A program made the position numbers and the translations under genes. From the IMG/VR virus record IMGVR_UViG_3300001533_001295, positions 20,773 through 84,772 of that record: a stretch of 64,000 nt of DNA; one strand, given 5' to 3'. The DNA is from a virus. The number at the start of each line of letters is the position of its first letter. The stretch's first letter is position 1. Below are positions 10,401 through 17,644 of the stretch, piece by piece. Under the pieces are notes generated by a model. The model did not search any database and was not told the DNA's origin. It saw only the letters and a program-made list of their open reading frames with translations.

Positions 10401-11804
10401 GGCGAAGACACTCAGCTTATGGCTATGACCGACAACGATGTTAGAGAGCTGGCCGGCAGTAAACGAGTGACAGTACCTGACACTGTTAACATGTTTAAGG
10501 ATCTTCAGCCTATAAAAGGCGGTTTAATGGATCCTGCGATATTTGGTGAAGGCGATAAATTTGCGGCTTTTGATTTACCTGAAGCTCTACCTAATCCAGT
10601 ATTTGAAGAGCCTTTGCGCAAGCTACTCGGTGTAACTGAGAAGCAATTTAGAGGCATTATTTCGGGTACAGAAGAGTTAGGTAAGTTTGGCTCAGGACCA
10701 GATGCTCTACATAGCTACCTTAAGAACTTAAACGTAGACGATGAGATTAAGCGCGCTAGACAAGAAATAGCTGGCACTAAGAAAACAGCTAGAGACGCAG
10801 CTGTTAAGCGCTTGCGTTATCTAAAGATGTTCGAGCGCACTGGCGTTAAGCCTGAAGAGCTTATGGTAAGTGTTGTGCCGGTTATTCCTCCCAATCTTAG
10901 ACCTATATCTCGCATAGGTAATAAGGGATCGGTAGCTGTCTCTGACTCTAACTATTTATATAGAGAGTTAATGTTAGCTGCTGAGAACTTAGGAGAGATG
11001 AAACAGTTTTCATCTGACTTAAGTAAGGAGCGTTTGGCTACGTATGACGCACATAAAGCTCTAGTTGGTTTAACTGATCCTCAAAGCCGAGAGCTGAGGT
11101 CTAAAAAAGTAAAAGGTCTTATTAAAGAGATAATCGGAGACTCACCTAAGACCGGCATAGTTCAGCGCCGGCTTTTATCTACCAACGTCGACAACGTCAC
11201 TAGAGGCGTCTTGGTGCCTGACACTAGTCTTAAAATGGGTCAGGTAGGTGTTCCGGTAACTCAGGCCTTAACCTCTTACTCTAATTATGTAATTAGAGAT
11301 TTAGTTCAAAGCGGTATGCCTAGGGTAGAAGCTTTAGAGTCAGTTAAGAATAAATCTAAGGAAGCTATACAGGCTCTACAGAGAGTGATTAAAGATAGAC
11401 CGGTTGTTCTTAGTAGAGCGCCAGTACTACATAGGTACGGTAATATCGCCCTAGAGCCAGTCTTGGTGTCGGGCGATGGTATCAGGTTAAACCCTTTCGT
11501 ATATAAAGGACTCGGAGCTGACAACGACGGTGACGCTGTTAATATGCACGTCCCTCACAGCGACGAAGTCGTAAGAGAGGTTAGACAAAGACTCTCTCCG
11601 GCCAGTATGCTTATCCACCACCAGGATAAAAAGACTCCGGCTTTTTCTGTTAGCCAAGATCATCTTCTTGGGCTATATTACGCTTCTACAAAACGCAATG
11701 ACCGCAAACGAACTAAATATTTTAGTTCCGTTACTGACGCGGTTGCCGCATTTAAGCGCGGCGAGCTAAACGTAGATGATCCTGTTAAGATCAGCGAATC
11801 TTAA
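7386..11804 (+). CDS. rpoBC: DNA-directed RNA polymerase, fused beta subunit + N-terminal half of beta' (likely start ATG 7398)
   Basis: beta motifs GFIDPVRTAE, MGARMSQQALP, NWEDAI, DKIAGLYGNKG, YLMALHH; beta' motifs GGLMDPAIFG, VPVIPPNLRP, LSRAPVLHR and catalytic GADNDGD (about 11514-11534). Confidence 0.92.
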   Translation: MYPQMIQNNDNEDIALTLNQPAKPLVSYRAVDDAEVLRENVYQKALNAAKSIQPLQYGKFQLALTDVDYEDSPQPTKRDQTTALLGRNSITRRLRGTWSLQDTQTGETVDQRKQIIANVPHVLHDGSIVMRGTRYASGIQQRLRPGVYTRVRKSGELEAHVNAKVGTGPSHRYVLEPETGRFLLNIGNSKIPLSNLLDVLGVDRKRVEDVWGKELTAVNYGKQDPKALNKLYDKFVPNRLRNKDDLSNSEAMRQKISDVFNNIGLDQGVLSQTVNLPTEHLSPEVILAATSKILEISKQQEDKDDRDHPGFATFHDLSDLIAERISNDHGGVRRQLMYKIAQKGNLANLPSGYLDKQINSVIFGSGLAAAVEETNPADILDRITKVTRYGEGGLPSTQSTPSEARNVNLGQFGFIDPVRTAESLRVGVDVNVANPTFIGSDNKLYANFINLGNGQTELHSPDELFNSSLVIGPSSIEGWDSAVVGGKLQLVRQGEGDFKLPSYDNAFNILSQILPMKSASFAQRLSMGARMSQQALPVEGAEAPLVQAAVPGTGGAESYESRIGTKLGAIRAKDRGRVLAVTDDYIEVAYPNGSVVKEDLDYYRPTARKSFIHNTPLVQPGDIVEPGQILAKSNFTDDQGSLAFGKNVRTALIPWGENWEDAIIFSQRMANSMRLNQAYKSHFEITDKDEVGKKPFVSVFASKYNKDILDTLDDNGVVKPGTVVKKGDPLILAIRETDMTGNRVHKKQAKSYSDASVTWDHNHEGLVTHIADSGKGFSVMVTTSKPLEEADKIAGLYGNKGTVRILPDAQMPVAEDGEIIDALISPLAVISRGNSSFPLTMLLGKVAAKTGKSYKIEDFTGQDFTQLVKEELGKNKLNATETVTDPNTGRQIPGVLVGNSYLMALHHSAEAKSSARSIGSYSASGEPARGTKGQAKRVSGQELAAHMAQGAYKYSRESSLLRGRRNDDFWSAYMGGHNIELPQVNEVYEGFLDRLKGIGINPVKSGEDTQLMAMTDNDVRELAGSKRVTVPDTVNMFKDLQPIKGGLMDPAIFGEGDKFAAFDLPEALPNPVFEEPLRKLLGVTEKQFRGIISGTEELGKFGSGPDALHSYLKNLNVDDEIKRARQEIAGTKKTARDAAVKRLRYLKMFERTGVKPEELMVSVVPVIPPNLRPISRIGNKGSVAVSDSNYLYRELMLAAENLGEMKQFSSDLSKERLATYDAHKALVGLTDPQSRELRSKKVKGLIKEIIGDSPKTGIVQRRLLSTNVDNVTRGVLVPDTSLKMGQVGVPVTQALTSYSNYVIRDLVQSGMPRVEALESVKNKSKEAIQALQRVIKDRPVVLSRAPVLHRYGNIALEPVLVSGDGIRLNPFVYKGLGADNDGDAVNMHVPHSDEVVREVRQRLSPASMLIHHQDKKTPAFSVSQDHLLGLYYASTKRNDRKRTKYFSSVTDAVAAFKRGELNVDDPVKISES

Positions 11805-11876
11805 TCCCCTGTAGCTCAATGGCAGAGCGTTCCGCTGTTAACGGAGTGGTTGTAGGTTCGAGCCCTACTGGGGGAG
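11805..11876 (+). tRNA. trnN: tRNA-Asn(GUU)
   Basis: Cloverleaf with acceptor TCCCCTG/TGGGGGA, anticodon loop CTGTTAA, T-loop TTCGAGC; abuts the RNAP stop codon. Confidence 0.95.
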
Positions 11877-11883
11877 CTACTAA

Positions 11884-11915
11884 GGCCGGATGGCGGAATC
11901 GGCAGACGCACAGGT
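11884..11915 (+). pseudogene. 5' half of a tRNA-Leu-like gene (remnant)
   Basis: GGCCGGATGGCGGAATCGGCAGACGCACAGG resembles a Leu acceptor strand and D-arm; no matching T-arm or 3' acceptor strand found. Confidence 0.5.
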
Positions 11916-12000
11916 AGTTAAAGTTGAGTAAATGACTTCCACTAGTACATAGTCGGGACATGTTCATAAGTCCCGACTATTTCTGATTAATAGCCACGCG

Positions 12001-12074
12001 GGGGGTATAGTCCAACTGGCAGAGACAAAGGTATTAAAAACCTTCAAGTGTCGGTTCGAATCCGACTACCCCTA
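12001..12074 (+). tRNA. trnL: tRNA-Leu(UAA) with short variable loop
   Basis: Acceptor GGGGGTA/TACCCCT, anticodon stem AAGGT/ACCTT, loop ATTAAAA, T-arm GTCGG-TTCGAAT-CCGAC, discriminator A. Confidence 0.85.
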
Positions 12075-12159
12075 TTTATTTTTGTGAGTTAACCGAGATA
12101 AACTCACAATCTTTACAGTGTATGCTGTAGGTTATTTTCACCAATATTAAAGGTGCGTT

Positions 12160-12705
12160 ATGGATCAAAAACGACTGCAGAAGTTGCTGTCTAATTTGTG
12201 GTCTAAATCAGCGTCAACGCAACCTGTGTCGGACGTATACATTATTAAGGGTAACCCGGAAGTAGATACCGGTAATGCGCATAATTACGCTAGTTTCTAC
12301 GAAGACGTAGCTAAAGTTGTTGGCGAAAACGGGTTTACATACAGCTTTGACGATGGGCTGGGCGGCACGTTACCGCCTGGCGGTAAATTATGGATCGGCC
12401 ATAGTCGCGGTGGAGATCGGCTGAGATTTGCTCCTAAAGAAGTTGCTACGCTCAAGTTAGATGACTTTGAACCAGCCGAGGCTAAAGAGAAACAACGGTT
12501 GGCTTATGAGCAGTTATTTAATACGCGAGGATATAAAAATATAGCCGACGTGCCGTTGCATCTGCGACCTCAGCCAGGGCCGGAACACTATACATTAAAT
12601 GAAGAGGCTAAGGCGGCTATTGTCGCTAAACTTCGAGAGTTACGTAAAGTTCGTATTACTTCACGACTTCGGTCGTTGTTAGGTCGATCTCACTTGTTTC
12701 CTTAA
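12160..12705 (+). CDS. putative alpha/beta-hydrolase-like protein
   Basis: Nucleophile elbow WIGHSRGG (GxSxG), later His (PEHY); N-terminal KSA motif. Confidence 0.5.
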   Translation: MDQKRLQKLLSNLWSKSASTQPVSDVYIIKGNPEVDTGNAHNYASFYEDVAKVVGENGFTYSFDDGLGGTLPPGGKLWIGHSRGGDRLRFAPKEVATLKLDDFEPAEAKEKQRLAYEQLFNTRGYKNIADVPLHLRPQPGPEHYTLNEEAKAAIVAKLRELRKVRITSRLRSLLGRSHLFP

Positions 12706-12721
12706 ACGTGGAGAAGGTTCT

Positions 12722-13102
12722 ATGCCAGCTTCTGGATTTTATTGGGCTAAGCACAAAAACTCTGAAAATTACGACATTGTCGTTTATTACAACGAAGACG
12801 AGGGTACGCTCAAGTTTGTTAAGTCGTCTAACAATAAGGTTATTAAGTTTAATCCTGCTACAAGTAAGACCTACACTTTAGGCGAATCAATTCCTGATGA
12901 CGTAGATAAAGTCACTGAGAGCCTGTTGGAAGAGAAGTCAGAGTTTTATATAGAGACAGGCGCTGGTCTAGGTAAGCATGTATTCAGGGTTGTCAGGATA
13001 CTGTCAGACGGAAGCATACATGTTTTTGGTAGCTACTCCAGTGAGACCGCAGCTATACTAGTAAAAAACAGACTCAACTCAGGTAAACTTCTAGGTTGGT
13101 AG
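12722..13102 (+). CDS. hypothetical protein
   Basis: ORF with GGAGAAGG RBS. Confidence 0.65.
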   Translation: MPASGFYWAKHKNSENYDIVVYYNEDEGTLKFVKSSNNKVIKFNPATSKTYTLGESIPDDVDKVTESLLEEKSEFYIETGAGLGKHVFRVVRILSDGSIHVFGSYSSETAAILVKNRLNSGKLLGW

Positions 13103-13103
13103 C

Positions 13104-13316
13104 ATGCAGGCTTTAATAGATAAGTACTTAGCTCAGGAGAAAGCTAACAACGAAGAACGTAGAGCATTACACCGAAGACACACGGACGAGTTAAGAGAGT
13201 TAAACGAAAGACACAGGTGCGCGCAGAATCCTTTTAAGATAGCTCTAGGCAGAGATTACTGCAGAGAGAACGTTCAAGTACTGGCGCAGGCTCTGAGGGC
13301 TCTTCGCCGCGACTAA
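13104..13316 (+). CDS. small coiled-coil hypothetical protein
   Basis: Tightly packed ORF. Confidence 0.55.
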   Translation: MQALIDKYLAQEKANNEERRALHRRHTDELRELNERHRCAQNPFKIALGRDYCRENVQVLAQALRALRRD

Positions 13317-13328
13317 AAGCGACTAAAG

Positions 13329-13724
13329 ATGTATCTACTAAAATTAATAGTAATTTTAGTTTTATCAGTAGATACATCTATCTCTAGTACCGATAACTAC
13401 AGGCGTATGGAAGCGGACAAGCCTGTAGCCGGTCTGTATACTATGCTGGTCAACCGCAGGCACAGCCACAATTTACCTGAGTTAAGATACTGCGCTGACT
13501 TAAGCTCTGAGTGTTATTTTAATAACCAGTTTCAAAGGCGTTACGGCTTAGGTGAGTACACTCGTCAAACCGGTTGCTTCGTGGCAAATGACGGCATGTT
13601 CGCTATAAATGTCTTTAGCAAATTATTTAGCGAGGGACCTGGCTACTATCTAACACTTAACACAAATATAACTAAATTTGGTGCGCACTATGATGGGCAT
13701 TTTTGGACCGTAATATTCGAGTAG
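13329..13724 (+). CDS. secreted CAP/SCP-like protein (degenerate)
   Basis: N-terminal hydrophobic signal; VNRRHSHNLPEL and GAHYDGHFWTVIF resemble the ends of a CAP/SCP domain; conserved His absent. Confidence 0.4.
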   Translation: MYLLKLIVILVLSVDTSISSTDNYRRMEADKPVAGLYTMLVNRRHSHNLPELRYCADLSSECYFNNQFQRRYGLGEYTRQTGCFVANDGMFAINVFSKLFSEGPGYYLTLNTNITKFGAHYDGHFWTVIFE

Positions 13725-13733
13725 GAGCGGGAC

Positions 13734-13931
13734 TTGTCTGACAAACCTTCATTTGAGTTAAATCAAAGAGTCGAGGTAAATCACTACGGTTTGGGAACTA
13801 TATCAGAAGTCACTAACAGATTTCATCCGAAGTACGGTTACGGCTATTTAGTCAATTTGGACAAAAAACAAAAATCTAAACTAAAGTTACTAGCTTGGTT
13901 CTACGAAGACGAGATAAAAGCAGCCGAGTAA
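13734..13931 (+). CDS. small SH3/KOW-like hypothetical protein
   Basis: FELNQRVEV...GTI...YLV...WFYEDEI pattern; TAGGAG RBS. Confidence 0.5.
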   Translation: MSDKPSFELNQRVEVNHYGLGTISEVTNRFHPKYGYGYLVNLDKKQKSKLKLLAWFYEDEIKAAE

Positions 13932-13970
13932 TGTAAGCCTCTGTAGCTCAGCGGATAGAGCAGCGGCCTT

Positions 13971-14576
13971 TAAGTAGTGGGAGCCTTTATGTGGAAGATC
14001 GAGAAGATAGTTAGCAAAGGAGATTACAATTACTACGTTGTGCGCAATCATCCAAGCTGTACCAAGCATGGCTATGTATTGCATCATAGAGTAGTAGTGG
14101 AAAATCACCTTGGCAGGCTTCTTGATCCGACTGAAGTTGTGCATCACCTAAACGGTGATAAGAAAGATAATCGTGTAGATAACTTGCGTGTTATGGATGA
14201 AGCAGATCACGCAAGAGTTCATGGGTATGAACAGGGTGCTCGTTTTGTGGAGCTAAAATGTCCGAGCTGCGGTGTGTTATTTCATCGGCCGCGACGACAA
14301 ACACATTTAGTAAAACCTACAAAATATGCTACTTGCTCATCCTCATGTCGAGGAAAGTTCTCACGTGAAATTCAACTTCATGGACTAACACATAAAGTGG
14401 AGGAGGCTATATCGGAGAATATCGTAAGAGAGTACACGAAGTATTCACACGACAACTCCGAGCAAACCATTTAACTATGGGATGCGTAGAGACTACACGC
14501 CTCCAGCCTGAAATGGCTAAGATATAGTCCAGCCAGCAAGCCTTTATCGGTGGTCATGGAAACATGATGCTGGAAG
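13971..14576 (+). mobile_element. group I intron at tRNA position 34/35
   Basis: 5' exon ends in U, intron ends in G; P3 GGAGGC/GCCTCC, P4 TCGGAG/CTCCGA, R GCGTAGAGACTA, S AAGATATAGTCC. Confidence 0.9.
13989..14474 (+). CDS. intron-encoded HNH homing endonuclease with zinc finger
   Basis: YVLHHRVVVE, VVHHLNGDKKDNRVDNL, HARVH; CPSC...CSSSC; ATG 13989 preceded by GGGAG. Confidence 0.9.
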   Translation: MWKIEKIVSKGDYNYYVVRNHPSCTKHGYVLHHRVVVENHLGRLLDPTEVVHHLNGDKKDNRVDNLRVMDEADHARVHGYEQGARFVELKCPSCGVLFHRPRRQTHLVKPTKYATCSSSCRGKFSREIQLHGLTHKVEEAISENIVREYTKYSHDNSEQTI

Positions 14577-14646
14577 CTAAGCCGTCGGTCGGGGGTTCGA
14601 ATCCCTCCAGAGGTATTTTCAGTAGTATTGCAAAGGAGTGAAAAAT

Positions 14647-14766
14647 ATGAAGAATATTGCATGGTTTATAGTCCAGTGGGTATTAGGTATGCTGCTCAGC
14701 TTACCTATAGCCGCCATAATCTTGTGGCTGCTAGGCGTGCTTAAAATAGAACTAATTATCCACTAA
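14647..14766 (+). CDS. 39-aa membrane peptide (not in ORF track)
   Basis: AAGGAG RBS; MKNIAWFIVQWVLGMLLSLPIAAIILWLLGVLKIELIIH. Confidence 0.55.
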   Translation: MKNIAWFIVQWVLGMLLSLPIAAIILWLLGVLKIELIIH

Positions 14767-14807
14767 CAGTTGGGACCGTAGCTCAAAGGTTAGAGCAGGA
14801 AACTCAT

Positions 14808-15584
14808 CAGTGTTGACTCTTGTGTTCTTGGTTATGGTGTACTTTACTAAGTAACTAAGAACCATCGAAAGAAGTCGGATGTCGAAATCCAAAAGTAAGG
14901 TGAGAATGTTGAATGGGTATAGAGTTATCTACGACCCAACTCATCCAAAAGCTATGACCAGTGAAAATTGGAACGGATATGTGTACGAACATGTAGCTGT
15001 TGCTCAAAATTCACTAGGAAGAAGCTTAGAAAGTGATGAAGTAGTTCATCACTTAGATGGGAACCGCGAGAACAACAGGTCTTCGAATCTGCTTGTTTTG
15101 GAGCGGAGTCAGCATGCAAAACTTCACAGATGGATGGAGACAAATGGTGCCTTTACATTGAAAGATGTAAATGAGAATGGGGTGAATTCAGGGAAACCTA
15201 AATCTATTTCGACATGTAAAGTTTGTGGAAAAACTCTACAAGCAAAGCAAAAAGGTGCTTGCTCACTTAAATGCAAGCGTATCCTTTCCAGGAAGGTTGA
15301 AAGACCGGACAGGCCGACGCTAGAAATCGACATGCAAAATCTATCAATGGTAGCAATTGGTAGTAAGTATGGAGTTTCAGATAATGCGATCAGGAAGTGG
15401 ATAAAATCTTACGAAATAGACACGGCAATCCTGAGCCAAGCTTCTGGTACACCAGAAGAAGGTGCAGAGACTAGCGGAGAGGTAAAGTCCTCTTAATTAC
15501 CGCCTAGAGCGCCCCACACCCAAACGAGTAATGTCGTGGGTGGTGAGATAGTCCAGGGAGAAAATGAAAATTTTCACAAACCAG
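14808..15584 (+). mobile_element. group I intron at tRNA position 36/37
   Basis: P AATTCAGGGAAACC, Q AATCCTGAGCCAAG, R GGTGCAGAGACTA, S GAGATAGTCC, P3 TGGGGTG/CGCCCCA, terminal G. Confidence 0.92.
14879..15496 (+). CDS. intron-encoded HNH homing endonuclease with zinc finger and C-terminal HTH
   Basis: YVYEHVAVA, VVHHLDGNRENNRSSNL, HAKLH; CKVC...CSLKC; IGSKYGVSDNAIRKW HTH. Confidence 0.9.
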   Translation: MSKSKSKVRMLNGYRVIYDPTHPKAMTSENWNGYVYEHVAVAQNSLGRSLESDEVVHHLDGNRENNRSSNLLVLERSQHAKLHRWMETNGAFTLKDVNENGVNSGKPKSISTCKVCGKTLQAKQKGACSLKCKRILSRKVERPDRPTLEIDMQNLSMVAIGSKYGVSDNAIRKWIKSYEIDTAILSQASGTPEEGAETSGEVKSS

Positions 15585-15665
15585 AATTTCTTGGTTGCGG
15601 GTTCGAATCCTGCCGGTCCTATTTTAGTCATTATCTTAGTTTTAAACTTTAACTAGGTTTATACC

Positions 15666-16304
15666 ATGTTTAGTCTATTAGCGGTCATGTGTGTGAATGA
15701 CTTAATCTTTAGTAAAATTGAGCCAGTTACTAATAGATTTGGTTCAGGTACTTTTTATTCGGACGTAATGAATTATGCTTCAAATCCATACGTCCGGGAT
15801 ATAAGGTCTACCAACGCGCACGAGACAACGCATGGTATAAACTCGTCACTAAGAAACAGATTCAGGAGCGTTTATCCTCATAAGATAAACGCTTTTTTTG
15901 TTGGTAGAGGGGAGTACGTAGTACTCGCCGAACCTAACATCAGGTTGAGAGATGTAGCGCAATTTGTTCCGGCGGCTCTAAGAGGTCGCCGTTTTAATTT
16001 GTACTTCGTGCAACAAGTTAGGCACTGGGACGATACGCCTTTATATGTGTTAGACGAGTTCGTTTGTTACATAAACGGAGGTAAGGTATGCGTAGACGAT
16101 CTGTTAAATAATCGGTACAGACAAGAGAACACAGACGGCGTGTCTGGTTGTTTAGAGTTTGCCATATACTCTATGGCTTTGGTGAAGTGTATAGAGATTA
16201 GAGATCCAGGTTACTTTGAGCGAGAGAAAAATTTCCTACCATTTATTAACCACTTAATATTTGAGGCAGGTCTTACGTTTTATAAAGGAAGTCAGTTTAG
16301 GTAG
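15666..16304 (+). CDS. HExxH metallopeptidase-like protein (possibly truncated by an in-frame TAG)
   Basis: AHETTH motif, downstream YVLDE; the frame stays open 47 codons past the TAG to 16448. Confidence 0.6.
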   Translation: MFSLLAVMCVNDLIFSKIEPVTNRFGSGTFYSDVMNYASNPYVRDIRSTNAHETTHGINSSLRNRFRSVYPHKINAFFVGRGEYVVLAEPNIRLRDVAQFVPAALRGRRFNLYFVQQVRHWDDTPLYVLDEFVCYINGGKVCVDDLLNNRYRQENTDGVSGCLEFAIYSMALVKCIEIRDPGYFEREKNFLPFINHLIFEAGLTFYKGSQFR

Positions 16305-16450
16305 CTATATAGTCCTACCCAAAATGCTCTATTAAGAAGACTACAGACAGAACCGTCGGCTAGAGAAATACTAGATCTACTAAGAGGAAGTTTTTACTTA
16401 GAACAACAAAGAAGCGGAATCAGACTCTTTCAAAACCAAAGGAATTAAGC

Positions 16451-17428
16451 ATGGAACCGCAAAACGCGCTGCACAGTATGTTCACTAACTACGTGGAAGA
16501 TATGTTGGGCCTGGACGCGGAAGGTTTTCCGAGATTTTTCTTGCACTACAGGCCGACATCTGCCGGAGGCTATGATGCGCTAAGAAAGATGGAGCTGGCT
16601 GACGTTAAGCCGGCTTTTAAGAATTTTATGGATGTTAAGCTACCTTACATTAAGCGAAAAAGTAAAGGTAACATAGACAAGTATTTTCGACACACCTACT
16701 TCATTGCCGACTGGCTCTATAATCAGGGACGCGGGCTTACGAGAGCCTGGAGTCCTGAAATTAGGAACGCCGTCTTTGATGAGTGTGTAGCTATTTTAAG
16801 TGAAGAGTTCGAAAGTTTTGGTTCGTCTTTCGAGTCGGTTGAGAAGTGCGAAACCGCTTTATCTAGCTTCCTATGGGCTTGCTTAGCTGGCCTTAAAGGA
16901 GGAGACTTAGCGCACAGCTACGTAGCTGATATGTTAAGTAATAAATTTAATCACTTCCTGTGGGGAGCGGTTGCAAGCATCTCAGAGGATACCTGCGGCG
17001 CTGAGAGTTATATCCTTAACGAAGTGGCAAGCGGTAATCTGCAGAGTGGCGAGGGCATGCCCTACAACCTCTATCGAGTCGTATTCGACGCCATACAGCC
17101 TACTTACTGGCTAGACAGGCCAGATGATCGACATACGGAGAAGCTCCCCTTCTCGATCGATCTTGTTTTAACTAATCAAGAGTTCGCCTCAGCATACGCT
17201 TGGGAGCGGCCGCACTTGTTCGAGTTTGAGAAGACTTGGGACAAAGAAGTACTCGAGCCGCTGGAAGAAGAAAAGCAGATCGAGTATCTTAGGGTCTGCG
17301 CGGCCAGCAGCTGTGCTAAGGTAGTTGTCCCTACGCACGTGGAGTGGGGAGTAACTTCTAACAATAAAGCGCTATACCACGTGGTGCTGGATCACATTGT
17401 TTATACGACAATGTGTTTCGGCAGCTAA
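16451..17428 (+). CDS. hypothetical protein (325 aa)
   Basis: AAGGA RBS, followed by a strong hairpin. Confidence 0.7.
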   Translation: MEPQNALHSMFTNYVEDMLGLDAEGFPRFFLHYRPTSAGGYDALRKMELADVKPAFKNFMDVKLPYIKRKSKGNIDKYFRHTYFIADWLYNQGRGLTRAWSPEIRNAVFDECVAILSEEFESFGSSFESVEKCETALSSFLWACLAGLKGGDLAHSYVADMLSNKFNHFLWGAVASISEDTCGAESYILNEVASGNLQSGEGMPYNLYRVVFDAIQPTYWLDRPDDRHTEKLPFSIDLVLTNQEFASAYAWERPHLFEFEKTWDKEVLEPLEEEKQIEYLRVCAASSCAKVVVPTHVEWGVTSNNKALYHVVLDHIVYTTMCFGS

Positions 17429-17443
17429 GCTTAGTTAAATAAC

Positions 17444-17486
17444 GCGTCCCCGCTCGTTTCTGGGCGGGGACGCTCATCTATTTTTT
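17444..17486 (+). terminator. GC-rich hairpin, probable terminator
   Basis: GCGTCCCCGCTC/GGGCGGGGACGC stem with a T tract 7 nt downstream. Confidence 0.6.
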
Positions 17487-17560
17487 AACTAGCAGCAGGT
17501 GTGGTAAAGTGTATTAGAGCTTGATCATTGGCGCCTGTAACTAACTCTAAGTCTTAAATA

Positions 17561-17609
17561 AAGTCCGCCTATCTTTGCCTCAAAGCAAAGTATCTTTGGC
17601 GGATTTTTT
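17561..17609 (+). promoter_or_regulatory. terminator/attenuator-like hairpin upstream of the RNR operon
   Basis: AAGTCCGCC/GGCGGATTT outer stem, inner CTTTGC/GCAAAG, T tract; 35 nt before nrdB. Confidence 0.45.
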
Positions 17610-17644
17610 GTCTACCCACACAACTTTCACTTGAGGAAATTCTC

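Larger units (their letters stand above)
13937..14615 (+). tRNA. trnR: tRNA-Arg(UCU), intron-interrupted (exons 13937-13970 and 14577-14615)
   Basis: Joined exons give a 73-nt cloverleaf: acceptor GCCTCTG/CAGAGGT, stem GCGGC/GCCGT, loop CTT|CTAA. Confidence 0.9.
14772..15621 (+). tRNA. trnI: tRNA-CAU, probably Ile2, intron-interrupted (exons 14772-14807 and 15585-15621)
   Basis: Joined exons give a cloverleaf: acceptor GGGACCG/CGGTCCT, stem GGAAA/TTTCT, loop CTCAT|AA; body resembles ileX-type tRNA; elongator Met not excluded. Confidence 0.85.

Noticed and set aside
7386-11804. Cellular rpoBC operon (bacterial chromosome origin)
   Set aside because: Highly divergent, no flanking ribosomal protein genes, and embedded among capsid, protease and fibre genes
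14471-14662. Minus-strand 63-aa ORF
   Set aside because: Antisense to the intron core and tRNA-Arg 3' exon; shadow ORF
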